A stretch of DNA of 32,000 nucleotides from Paramicrosporidium saccamoebae KSL3 (GCA_002794465.1 MTSL01000107.1:37937-69936), one strand, 5' to 3'. Positions 9,452 through 18,096 are shown, counted from the stretch's first letter. Program-made: numbers and translations. Notes: generated from the sequence alone by a model not told the origin.

Positions 9452-11164
9452 TTATAATATGTCCAAGATACTCAGTAGAACCGTAATGACTGCAACACAG
9501 AATGGAGCAAAAAACATTAAACTAATACTCACTCTTTGAGTGGAAGCAACAGTATAATTGACCTTTGAGCCACGTGAAGCACGGGGTTCTGCTACTAGTA
9601 CTGGGGCAGTGGTGTGGCCTTTAAGAATTGTACGTGGTATACAACTGAAAAAATCTACGGTGGCAAGCTGCTCCTTGACACACTGTTGAACAACCCCATA
9701 GCTATGGGAGGTGGGGGAGTAAAGCTGGTCCAAAACATCATCAGTAAATGAAAAGCCCAGATTCTCCATGTGGAATAGGCTCACACATATCGTACGAGCG
9801 ATGGCTTTACAGTAGGCTATAATGGGGTAATTTTCTTTGTGGAACTTTACACCAGATTTTGTCGATATCAATGGCCCATTTGGCGTTACTAATGCGGCTT
9901 TTAGAACCACAAGCAACGAGGTCACGGTTTTCAGGGCCAGATCGCGATGTGCACCACGATACGTGATCGGCGATCGGAATTTTGGGTTAAATACGGTGGC
10001 ATCGGCCAAGTTTTCATATGTACTCCACCATTGTAAAATGCCGCGCATATCTACGCTATCCGGTCTCGTTGAAGACGCTATTATGTCTTGTTGCAATACT
10101 TTAACAACACTTCTCCATCTCTGAACATGTTGTGGCAAATCTGCCAACACAAGGGGACAATGTAAATAGTTTTGTGAAATGAGGGCAAATTTTTGTCTCA
10201 ACACATTATCGTTGATGGTAATCAATCCTAGATCGCGGACCATTCTGAACGTGTTGCACAAGAGAACCGGTGGTAGATCCTTGACCTTGTGTTTTTTCAC
10301 ATAATCCAGGACAAACTGATGGTTCTCTTTCACATGTCGTTTGGATGCGAGCGCCAGTACCGTGTCCATATAAAGCAATTTTCCGTGCCACAGCGCCCGT
10401 CTCGCTGGCGTCATTAACTTGGTACAGTTTTCAACATATTCTAATAGTACTGGGTAAAATTTGTGCCGGCTAGGTCCAGTCAGGAATTCTTCAAGTGCCG
10501 TAAAGAATTCAGCATCGTCTACAATAACTCCCCGGATCGTTACGGGGTGAGACTGACCTAGTGAGGCAATGACGGTACTAACAGTAGTGAGCTTGCAACC
10601 GAGGTCGTAGTGCAAGGCCACATCTTTGTTACCAGTCGCCCATAGCGCATCATTCAGATCATAAGCCATTTCGGGGATCAATCGAATCACTTCCTTAACA
10701 GAGTCCGTACAATAATAAAATTCTGGCCTGAATCCCTGATTCCTAAGGATGCATCTCATGTCCTCGTCGGTAAAGTATCTTTGTCTGTCGGGGAGGTAGC
10801 CAAGTGTGGTAGGCCGGTAAAGGTGCAAGTTAGGTCGTAGACTCTCTACTAACTCGGCATTATGTGAGCAGAGACGGAACGAGAGCAGCACCGGATGTAA
10901 ATCGGGTCGTGGGAGAAACTTGCGAACCATTTCCTGTGCCCTCTTGGGACCAATTTCCTGCGAGTCGTAAAAATGCTTGAGCCATCCATTACTGGTGACA
11001 AGTAGCCGAAAGAGATAGTTAATGCTCATTTCACAGTTCAAATCGTACGAATTGAACCACTTCATAATCTCTGTATAGGATAGTTCATAAAAGATTGAAT
11101 TAGATGACAGATCCATGAGGCTTGCACTAGTAGCGGAGATTAAAAACACTGAAAGGACCCTCAT
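9452..11164 (-). CDS. Secreted/surface protein family, paralogue C (570 aa), hydrophobic C-terminal tail (TM or GPI signal)
   Basis: Signal peptide MRVLSVFLISATSA, family motifs, tail SLMFFAPFCVAVITVLLSILDIL. Confidence 0.85.
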   Translation of the reverse strand: MRVLSVFLISATSASLMDLSSNSIFYELSYTEIMKWFNSYDLNCEMSINYLFRLLVTSNGWLKHFYDSQEIGPKRAQEMVRKFLPRPDLHPVLLSFRLCSHNAELVESLRPNLHLYRPTTLGYLPDRQRYFTDEDMRCILRNQGFRPEFYYCTDSVKEVIRLIPEMAYDLNDALWATGNKDVALHYDLGCKLTTVSTVIASLGQSHPVTIRGVIVDDAEFFTALEEFLTGPSRHKFYPVLLEYVENCTKLMTPARRALWHGKLLYMDTVLALASKRHVKENHQFVLDYVKKHKVKDLPPVLLCNTFRMVRDLGLITINDNVLRQKFALISQNYLHCPLVLADLPQHVQRWRSVVKVLQQDIIASSTRPDSVDMRGILQWWSTYENLADATVFNPKFRSPITYRGAHRDLALKTVTSLLVVLKAALVTPNGPLISTKSGVKFHKENYPIIAYCKAIARTICVSLFHMENLGFSFTDDVLDQLYSPTSHSYGVVQQCVKEQLATVDFFSCIPRTILKGHTTAPVLVAEPRASRGSKVNYTVASTQRVSISLMFFAPFCVAVITVLLSILDIL

Positions 11165-11354
11165 TGTCAGTTTGAACCGCGGTAATTATTTTGCAATTTA
11201 TATTAGTGTAAGACTAATATTAGGACGGGCGTACGGAGCCCAAAGACCAGCCACCGGACTTTGAATCGCAGTGCTTTAACTATTTGCACTGTTAGTATAA
11301 AAGGCTTTCTATTGTACCCTATAACCAGCGATCGGTAGTCAGTAGTCGTCAGTA

Positions 11355-11403
11355 GTCTGTGGTCTGTGGTCTGTGGTCTGTGGTCTGTGGTCTGTGGTCT
11401 GTG
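11355..11403. repeat. (GTCTGTG)7 perfect heptamer microsatellite
   Basis: Seven consecutive units, ~190 bp upstream of paralogue C's ATG. Confidence 0.95.
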
Positions 11404-11480
11404 ATTCATTTACTCTGATCGACCCTGCATCCGCTCTATATTCACTCTGAACTCTTTATTAATAGCTTTTTAGCGACAGG

Positions 11481-11647
11481 GTGGCAAAGTCCAAGCTCAA
11501 AATCCTTACCAAAATGATAAAACGTCCAAACTCAAGCTCAACATTCTTGCCAAAATAACAAAATTTCCAAGCTCAAAATTCTTACCAAAACGACAAAAAA
11601 TTCAAGCTCAAGCCCAGAATTATCACCAAAATGGCAAAATGTCCAAG
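11481..11647 (-). repeat. Tandem amplification of paralogue D's tail-coding sequence (41/35/41/35 bp units plus a partial unit)
   Basis: Units at 11607-11647, 11572-11606, 11531-11571 and 11496-11530, consensus cttgga-attttg--attttggtaagaatt...ttgag. Spans D's stop codon. Confidence 0.85.
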
Positions 11648-13264
11648 ATTAAGACTCGAATCATTACCAACGGTAGATAATGTGATATCGTGCTCTCGGG
11701 CTGGGGATGGGGCTTTCGCATAGCGTTTAAAGACGAAAATTGGAATTGCTAACAACTCGATTTTCTTAAGCTCATCCTTGACGCACTGTTGGAGGGTTCC
11801 AGGAGAATCAACAGAGTAAAATTTATCCAAAGCCGCATGGCTGAAAGAAAATCCCAGATCGCCCACATGGAATAGATTTGCGCAAATCGTACGAGCAAAC
11901 GCTTTACAATGATCCAGATGGCGATAGTTTTCGGTAAACTCAGTACAAGATTCCGTGTACACTAATGGCCCCCTCAGCTCTATCAATATGGATTTCAGCA
12001 CCTCGAGCAGCGCCTCAACTGTTCCAATTTCTCGCTCGCCGGACGAGTCACGATAGATGATTGGTGGCTGGATAATCGGGTTAAAAAGAATGGCATCTGC
12101 TAGAATTTCGTATGCGCCCCACCAGTTCAAGAGACTCTCTTCATTCATGACTTTATCCGGTCTCTCCAGTGACGTTCTATACTGGCGCTGAAGGGCCTTG
12201 ACGTCATATCTCCATCTTTGAACATGTTGCGATAGATCGTCCAGTACGGCCAGAGAGTCTGACATATACACTGAAATTTTCATAAATTTCTTTCTCAACG
12301 CTTCATTGTCCGAATGTATTAGCCCCAGCTCCCTGGTCCTTTTAAATATCTTTCGTAGAGTGTACGGTGGCAAAGATTCCAAATTGTGCTCCTCCACATA
12401 GGCTAGAAAGAATATTAGATAATCTGTTAAACCTGACTGGGAGCAGCGTATCAGTTGTTTGTACGCCAATAAAAGACATTTGCCGTGCCACAGGGCACCT
12501 CTTGCTGGTGTCATGTGCTCAGTTTCCTTTTTAATGCCTCTCAACAGTACTGGGTAATGGTCATGCCAGCTAGGTCCAGTCAGGAATCCTTCAAGTGCCG
12601 TGAAGAATTCAGCGTCGTCTGCAATAACCCTCGGAATCGATACGGGATGAGGCTGGTCTGATGAGGTGATGGCGGCACTAATAGTGATGAGTCTGTAGCC
12701 GAGATCATGTTGCAAGGGCACGTCCTTATTACCAGCCGCCCATAGTGCGTCATTCAGATCATAAGACATTTCTGGGACCAACCGAATCACTTCTTTAACG
12801 AAATTGTTATGCCAGTAAAATTCTGGCCGGAATCCTTGCTTCTTAAAGATGCATTTCATGTCCTCATCGGTGAAGTGATTGTTAAGGACAGTTTCGCAAG
12901 TAAAGTGTGTTGGGCTGTAGTTTTGTAAATGTGGTCGTATAATATTCACCAAGCCGCTATTCATCGAGCAGAATCGAAATGAAAGCAAGGTTGGGTGTAA
13001 ATTGGGCTGTGGAAGGAGCTTTTGAATCATTTTTTGTGCTCTCTTATATTCAATTTCGAAAAAGTCGTAGAGGTAGCCGTACAACTCATTTTCCGATTGA
13101 ATTAGCTGTGCGATGGTATTGATACTCACGTCACAGTCAAGGTCATATGACTGAATAAGCGCTTGAATACTTTCGTAATGTAGCTCATTGAAAATCGAAT
13201 TGAAAGATGTCCTAACAACAACAGCATGGACTACATAGAGGACGAATATTGCAAGAACCCGCAT
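11582..13264 (-). CDS. Secreted/surface protein family, paralogue D; likely start 13264 (track start 13327), hydrophobic C-terminal tail
   Basis: MRVLAIFVLYVVHA signal peptide. Closest to C (both share the GNKDV..DLG..HPV..DDAEFFTALE-FLTGPS insert). Tail LGHFAILVIILGLSLNFLSFW. Confidence 0.85.
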   Translation of the reverse strand: MRVLAIFVLYVVHAVVVRTSFNSIFNELHYESIQALIQSYDLDCDVSINTIAQLIQSENELYGYLYDFFEIEYKRAQKMIQKLLPQPNLHPTLLSFRFCSMNSGLVNIIRPHLQNYSPTHFTCETVLNNHFTDEDMKCIFKKQGFRPEFYWHNNFVKEVIRLVPEMSYDLNDALWAAGNKDVPLQHDLGYRLITISAAITSSDQPHPVSIPRVIADDAEFFTALEGFLTGPSWHDHYPVLLRGIKKETEHMTPARGALWHGKCLLLAYKQLIRCSQSGLTDYLIFFLAYVEEHNLESLPPYTLRKIFKRTRELGLIHSDNEALRKKFMKISVYMSDSLAVLDDLSQHVQRWRYDVKALQRQYRTSLERPDKVMNEESLLNWWGAYEILADAILFNPIIQPPIIYRDSSGEREIGTVEALLEVLKSILIELRGPLVYTESCTEFTENYRHLDHCKAFARTICANLFHVGDLGFSFSHAALDKFYSVDSPGTLQQCVKDELKKIELLAIPIFVFKRYAKAPSPAREHDITLSTVGNDSSLNLGHFAILVIILGLSLNFLSFW

Positions 13265-13348
13265 TGGAAGAACCCGAATCGTGGTCAAAGCGTTGCGTAG
13301 CGGGGGTGGTGCCACGTACTTTGTCACTATTACTCAGTTGGGGAGCAA

Positions 13349-13447
13349 GAGCCCTTTTTATTAAAGTACTTAGTGCCCTTATATGCCGCCACCCTTAATA
13401 TGATTGGAATGGATTCTAGGATCGCTATCTGAGTTGGGGCCCCCAAT
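13349..13447 (+). repeat. Dispersed repeat module X, old copy
   Basis: 13355-13447 aligns ungapped to the reverse complement of ~30985-31077 at 63/93 nt. 21 of the 30 differences are transitions. Confidence 0.75.
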
Positions 13448-14017
13448 CTTACGCGGATACTGCCTAGCAAACTCTTTTATAGACTCCACACTAGAGTGAC
13501 AACATGTTGAAATGGATTGATTCAAAGCGGCGCCTCAATGGCTGGTTCACTCTAAAGAAGGAACGTTCCAGTCAGTCTACCACAAATGAACTGCGCTCTA
13601 TTAATCACTTGAGATTTACTAAACATGTCGGAATTAAACGTTGATGACCCGAGTATCCTGGTAGGAAGCATGGTGTGTTGCTAAACGATATCCGCTTATG
13701 AATAGTAATCTCCATAGCTACCCCACAATCTGGTGTGTAAAGACGCTTTGAACAAGGCAATACTCCCAACACGCATTTTATTTTCAAGGCAATATTCACA
13801 AATGCCTGGTGCCTTATGACCCCGATCCAAATTCAGATAGTGGCTTCATTAGTCAAATTTGCCGTATTGGGGGTGGCAATTTACAATTACGCTACGTCTT
13901 TTCATAGCCGAATTTTCCACTAGACTCATTGGTTCTTTAGAATAGAGAGATTATTGGTTCTTAAAACTCGTGGGTCGTTAGCCCCGGAGGCCCGGGCCTG
14001 CGAGTACCAGGTGAAGC

Positions 14018-15004
14018 ATGCATATTCTACCCTTGTTTGTGCTTTTTAGCACAGTCTATGCTCTAGACTGCAACCAAGTCAAGCGAACCCCACAGGTACA
14101 GCCAGCGTCGTATCGCGGCACTGGTGCAGCGAGCCGTTCAAAGTTTGAAACGCTAGTACGTGCTCAAGCCACGCTAGCCAACCCGGCCATCCCAGCTGTA
14201 TGCGACGAGGCATTTAGAGTGGTAACCTACAATATCCACTACCACCGCGACCTACATGACAGTGCTGGTAATAATGATCTGGTCAAGGGCGACTTGCTTA
14301 AATTTAACCCGTCTGCAGTGATCTTTCAAGAAGTCGAGGCGAACAGTAATGCACGGCAGGAGTTTGATAAGATGCTCGACAGTCTTGGATACAGGAATCG
14401 TGTATTTGCTGCAGCCAAGAGCGCTTGGTTGGGAAACATGATTGCAAGCAAATACCCTCTGACAAGCATCGGAAAGGTCGAGTTGAGCAGCGTGCGCGTC
14501 CTGGTTGCTGCCAGCGCCGTTATTGATGGTAAAAAACTTGCCATCCTGGGGACGCATTTGGAGGTTGGTAGCTCGGATTCTCGACAAAAAGAGGTCCAAC
14601 ACATCCTAGACTATATCAAGAACACAATCTCACCAACATATGACCGCTACGTACTAGGTGGTGATATGAATGCGCACTGGAATTCAGCTGAAATCAAGAC
14701 GCTTAGAAACAGTGGACGGCTGGCCGAAGTTTTTGAGACTCTTAAGGCTGACAATCCCAAATACACTTGTTGGGCAGGCACGACCATTGATTTCATCTTT
14801 GCAAGTCCCGTCCTTTCCAAGGAGCTATACGGGGCCTATGTTTATCAGACCATCAGCAGCGACCATCTTCCTGTCATGGTGGATCTCAAAGGCAGTCCAG
14901 AGAAGAATGCTGCGATCCAGTCGGGTATTACGACTGAGAAGCCTTCAAAGAGTCGCTGGCGGAGAATTCTAGAGTACTTTTATTTTCCTTTTCCCTGGTG
15001 GTGA
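14018..15004 (+). CDS. Secreted endonuclease/exonuclease/phosphatase (EEP) family protein with intact catalytic motifs
   Basis: Signal peptide MHILPLFVLFSTVYA. Motifs TYNIH, FQEV, GTHL, GGDMN, IDFIF and SDHLPV. Confidence 0.9.
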   Translation: MHILPLFVLFSTVYALDCNQVKRTPQVQPASYRGTGAASRSKFETLVRAQATLANPAIPAVCDEAFRVVTYNIHYHRDLHDSAGNNDLVKGDLLKFNPSAVIFQEVEANSNARQEFDKMLDSLGYRNRVFAAAKSAWLGNMIASKYPLTSIGKVELSSVRVLVAASAVIDGKKLAILGTHLEVGSSDSRQKEVQHILDYIKNTISPTYDRYVLGGDMNAHWNSAEIKTLRNSGRLAEVFETLKADNPKYTCWAGTTIDFIFASPVLSKELYGAYVYQTISSDHLPVMVDLKGSPEKNAAIQSGITTEKPSKSRWRRILEYFYFPFPWW

Positions 15005-15194
15005 GAGTGCAATTCCACACCGTTAGTAACACCTAGAACTTTGTATTGGATATTGCAGTAAAATTGCCATTTGAAAAATGTTGGAACCTCTGGCCTTTCT
15101 GGACTAATTCTCCAATCACAATAAAAAGTAATGTCGTCGCTGATTGGCTGCCTGCCCAGCACAAGCCAGGCTACAGTACCTGGTCACCAAGGAT

Positions 15195-16208
15195 ATGCTA
15201 CTTGCCGTCTGGCTGCTTTGTCTCCAAGTACTGCTGGCCGAAAAATGCAGCAAAGTGAATAGAAGGCCACAAGTGCAACCGCCAAGCTTTGGTCTCATCC
15301 AACATGGAGACAAGCACAAATACGCACAACACGTCCAACGCTACGTGGCGAGCAACAAAGAGATCCCAGCAGTATGCGACGAGGCTGTACGAGTGGCAAT
15401 CTTTAATGTGAATCGTCTTGTCGACCTGTTGGAATCAAGGCCAAATAGTGCCATGCTCAGAAAAGACCTCGAGACACTGCAGCCCACAGTGGTGGTGCTC
15501 CGAAATGTTCCACCCGCGGGTGCTGAACTCGGTCGGTTTGAAAGTATTCTGGAAAGTCTCAACTACCGATACCGCGCTGCCTGCCATGCCAGTACATTTG
15601 GGAACATGATTGCCAGCAGAATGCCGCTGATCCCTATAACGCAGGCGGATTTGGGGTATGGCTGCTGTCTCCTCGCCGGAAGTGTGCGTGTCGGTGAAGA
15701 CAATGTCGCAATCATTGGCACGGCCCTTTCCACAAACGAGGAACGCCTTGCTGAGCAGACAAAAAAGGTTGTCAGATTCATTGAAGCATCCATCACCCCC
15801 ACCCATCCAAACTTTGTTTTGGCGGGAAATTTTCCTGCTGTTTGGGACTCGGTCGCTTTAAGGACAATCCATGAGAACAAAGGCTTCTCCGACGTGTTTC
15901 GTGAATTAAAGGTCCAAGTGCCTAACTATACATTCTGGAATGGGAGAGTGGAGGATTATTTGTTTGTCAGTGCACCTAGGGGAACGATTCTACCGGATGC
16001 AACAGTGCGAAAGCCACCACTAGGCGCATACACCTTCCAAACTCTCAGCAGTACCAACTTGCCAGTCGCGGTGGATCTGGATGGCGCCCCTGAAAATCCA
16101 CACTTCAACGATCGTAAAGATAGATGGATTTGGACGGGGATTGGAAGCGCCGCAGTGTTTATTGTAGTCCTTGTAGCATGTATGATTATCCAAAAGGTTC
16201 GCCGTTAA
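15195..16208 (+). CDS. EEP-fold pseudoenzyme with signal peptide and C-terminal TM helix; likely start 15195 (track start 15144)
   Basis: Paralogue of 14018-15004 (PQVQP, IPAVCDEA-RV, GNMIAS). Catalytic motifs altered to LRNV, GTAL, AGNFP and STNLPV. TM helix WIWTGIGSAAVFIVVLVACMII followed by QKVRR. Confidence 0.85.
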   Translation: MLLAVWLLCLQVLLAEKCSKVNRRPQVQPPSFGLIQHGDKHKYAQHVQRYVASNKEIPAVCDEAVRVAIFNVNRLVDLLESRPNSAMLRKDLETLQPTVVVLRNVPPAGAELGRFESILESLNYRYRAACHASTFGNMIASRMPLIPITQADLGYGCCLLAGSVRVGEDNVAIIGTALSTNEERLAEQTKKVVRFIEASITPTHPNFVLAGNFPAVWDSVALRTIHENKGFSDVFRELKVQVPNYTFWNGRVEDYLFVSAPRGTILPDATVRKPPLGAYTFQTLSSTNLPVAVDLDGAPENPHFNDRKDRWIWTGIGSAAVFIVVLVACMIIQKVRR

Positions 16209-16344
16209 CAGCTGGACTAGCATCAGCTGCGTCCCAATCCTCGGCTCTCAGCCTTGGCCGTCCAAGAGACGCGCGATTGACTATCTCCCTCTCACACCCA
16301 ACACCCTTCAATAGTAAACAATTTATTATCCCGCCTTGACTCAA

Positions 16345-16707
16345 TTAGAGCATGTAGAACATAGCTAAGCTACCGACAAAGGCAGCAACCATTCCGGCCA
16401 AACCAGCAAAGTTCTGTCTGGCAGCATTCTCGGAAGTCTCAGTGGTGGAGGAGGAAGAAGTGCTGCTGCTCTCGGTCTCAGTGGTGGTCTGGGTGGCGAG
16501 GATGGAGCTCACTAGGGAGGACAGGTCGCTCTCGTATTCGGTAAACTCGCCAGTGAAAGTGGTTTGTGCGCTGATCTGAGAGAGGATGGAGGAGTGGAGC
16601 TCTGCGTTATCAGAGATGATGGACGAAACAAATGCCGGGACGTTGCGGCCAGCTGAGGCACAGGACAAGAAGGCGAGGGCGAGGAAGAAGGCGACGAGCT
16701 TGTACAT
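16345..16707 (-). CDS. Small Ser/Thr-rich, probably GPI-anchored surface protein (120 aa)
   Basis: Signal peptide MYKLVAFFLALAFLSCASA, S/T/E-rich stalk, small-residue site (SENAA) then a hydrophobic C-terminal tail. Confidence 0.8.
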   Translation of the reverse strand: MYKLVAFFLALAFLSCASAGRNVPAFVSSIISDNAELHSSILSQISAQTTFTGEFTEYESDLSSLVSSILATQTTTETESSSTSSSSTTETSENAARQNFAGLAGMVAAFVGSLAMFYML

Positions 16708-16906
16708 TGAGGCGTTGTGTGGGCGTCTGTTTGTCCTCCCTTTTATGCCGCGACATCTTTGTTTGAATTTCCCATTTAGGCAGCATGGCCAAATTTGGAA
16801 ATATTAGTTTAAAGACGGTAAACAGTGGGCTAGTCAGTGTTAAATACCAGTGTAAACTTAAACGAGACGAGGAGGGACGAAATGAGATGAGGCAGGATGA
16901 AAACCC

Positions 16907-16976
16907 GTTTATTGCTAATCCTAAAATCGTAAGCATGCACATCTCAACGTCCTCAACTACTCACAGCTAACCAATC
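16907..16976 (-). repeat. Dispersed repeat module Y, solo copy
   Basis: 16907-16960 matches the reverse complement of the 30.5 kb arm at 43/54 nt, ungapped (gctaatccta...cacatctca..gtcctcaa). Confidence 0.8.
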
Positions 16977-17120
16977 TAACATTCGCCCTATCGACTCACC
17001 GACGATAAACAGCGAATTAATGCCGCCAACTCCCTCTACTAAACAAAGCCAATCGTATGAATATTCCTTTATTAGATCGTGAATCGAGACAATGAACTAG
17101 CCAATGGTTGGGCCAATGGT

Positions 17121-18050
17121 TTAGTCAAAGAGTCCCATTCCCATCTCCTCCTCAGACTCGGATTCAACCTTGGCGGGAGCAGCAGCAGCAGCGGCGGGGG
17201 CAGCGGCAGAGGAAGAAGTAGCAGCGACAGCAACAGGATTCTTCAAAGCCTCCTTAATCTTATCAACGGCCTCGAAAGAGTAGTTCTCGCAAGCCAAACC
17301 AACAGAAAGAATCTTCTTGTAGGCATTGACCATGAGATGAGGAGCAGAGGCAACGGTCGGGAACTTGGCGGCCAAGGAGAGAGAAGCAATGTTCTTAATC
17401 GCAGCCTGGAGATGCTTGCTGAGGACATCATCGGTAATATCCAACATGGAGGGGGAGAAGAGAGAACCATCATCGTAAACCTCCACGACAGTCAAACCAA
17501 AGGTGAAGGGTGCAAGACCCAACATGTTCAGGAGAGCAGCCTCAGAGGCACCAACCTTCTTACCAGCCTTCAAGAGCAACACCTCGTTGGGGATCTCAAT
17601 AGCTCCCTTCACGACCTTGGTGGAGATACCGAGGGCCTGGAAAAAGGTGGTCTTGTTGGGGTCAATACCAGTGTTACCAGCTGGCACGTGAATGTTGCTC
17701 TGCGCAACCAGACCGACCTTGGCGGCAGCCTGGACACGGTTGGCAACCATAAGGTCACGGACAGTCTTGAGATCACCGTTGGTGAAGACCAATCCAACGT
17801 TGCCGCGGATGCACGGAACAATGGCCTCCAACTTGGGGTTCTCAGCCACGACCTCCTTCATGGCCTTGCGGACCATGGTGTTCTTTCCCATCAGTACAAC
17901 AGCCTGATCGCGCAGCGAGCTGCGGATCTGGTGCATCTGGGTGGATGCGACATTGTCGACATTCACAATGAAGATGCGGTTGTAGTCGCGGAACAAGCGA
18001 CGGACCTTTTCAAAATAATCAACTTTTCTCTGGCTGTCTCCCTTTGCCAT
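17121..18050 (-). CDS. RPP0: 60S acidic ribosomal protein P0 (uL10)
   Basis: DNVASTQMHQIR, MGKNTMVRKA, GNTGIDP-KT-FFQALGI-TK, Ala-rich hinge, ESESEEEMGMGLFD terminus. Confidence 0.98.
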   Translation of the reverse strand: MAKGDSQRKVDYFEKVRRLFRDYNRIFIVNVDNVASTQMHQIRSSLRDQAVVLMGKNTMVRKAMKEVVAENPKLEAIVPCIRGNVGLVFTNGDLKTVRDLMVANRVQAAAKVGLVAQSNIHVPAGNTGIDPNKTTFFQALGISTKVVKGAIEIPNEVLLLKAGKKVGASEAALLNMLGLAPFTFGLTVVEVYDDGSLFSPSMLDITDDVLSKHLQAAIKNIASLSLAAKFPTVASAPHLMVNAYKKILSVGLACENYSFEAVDKIKEALKNPVAVAATSSSAAAPAAAAAAPAKVESESEEEMGMGLFD

Positions 18051-18096
18051 CTTAACTGTTTAGTGATCAAGGGGTTCTTTCGAATTTAAAGACAAC

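Noticed and set aside
11203-11409. ORF with HRPQTTD repeats
   Set aside because: It is the translation of the (CACAGAC)7 microsatellite.
13500-13900. Short ORFs (13605-13799 minus; a 46-aa plus ORF at ~13504) and faint Y-like words (tactgcc, tagagtg, ggattgatt)
   Set aside because: No recognisable homology or good start context. The Y-like matches are too short and gapped to call.
17079-18089. 336-aa plus-strand ORF exactly antisense to RPP0
   Set aside because: This is the expected shadow of a highly biased gene that avoids TTA/CTA/TCA codons. It has no protein-like features.
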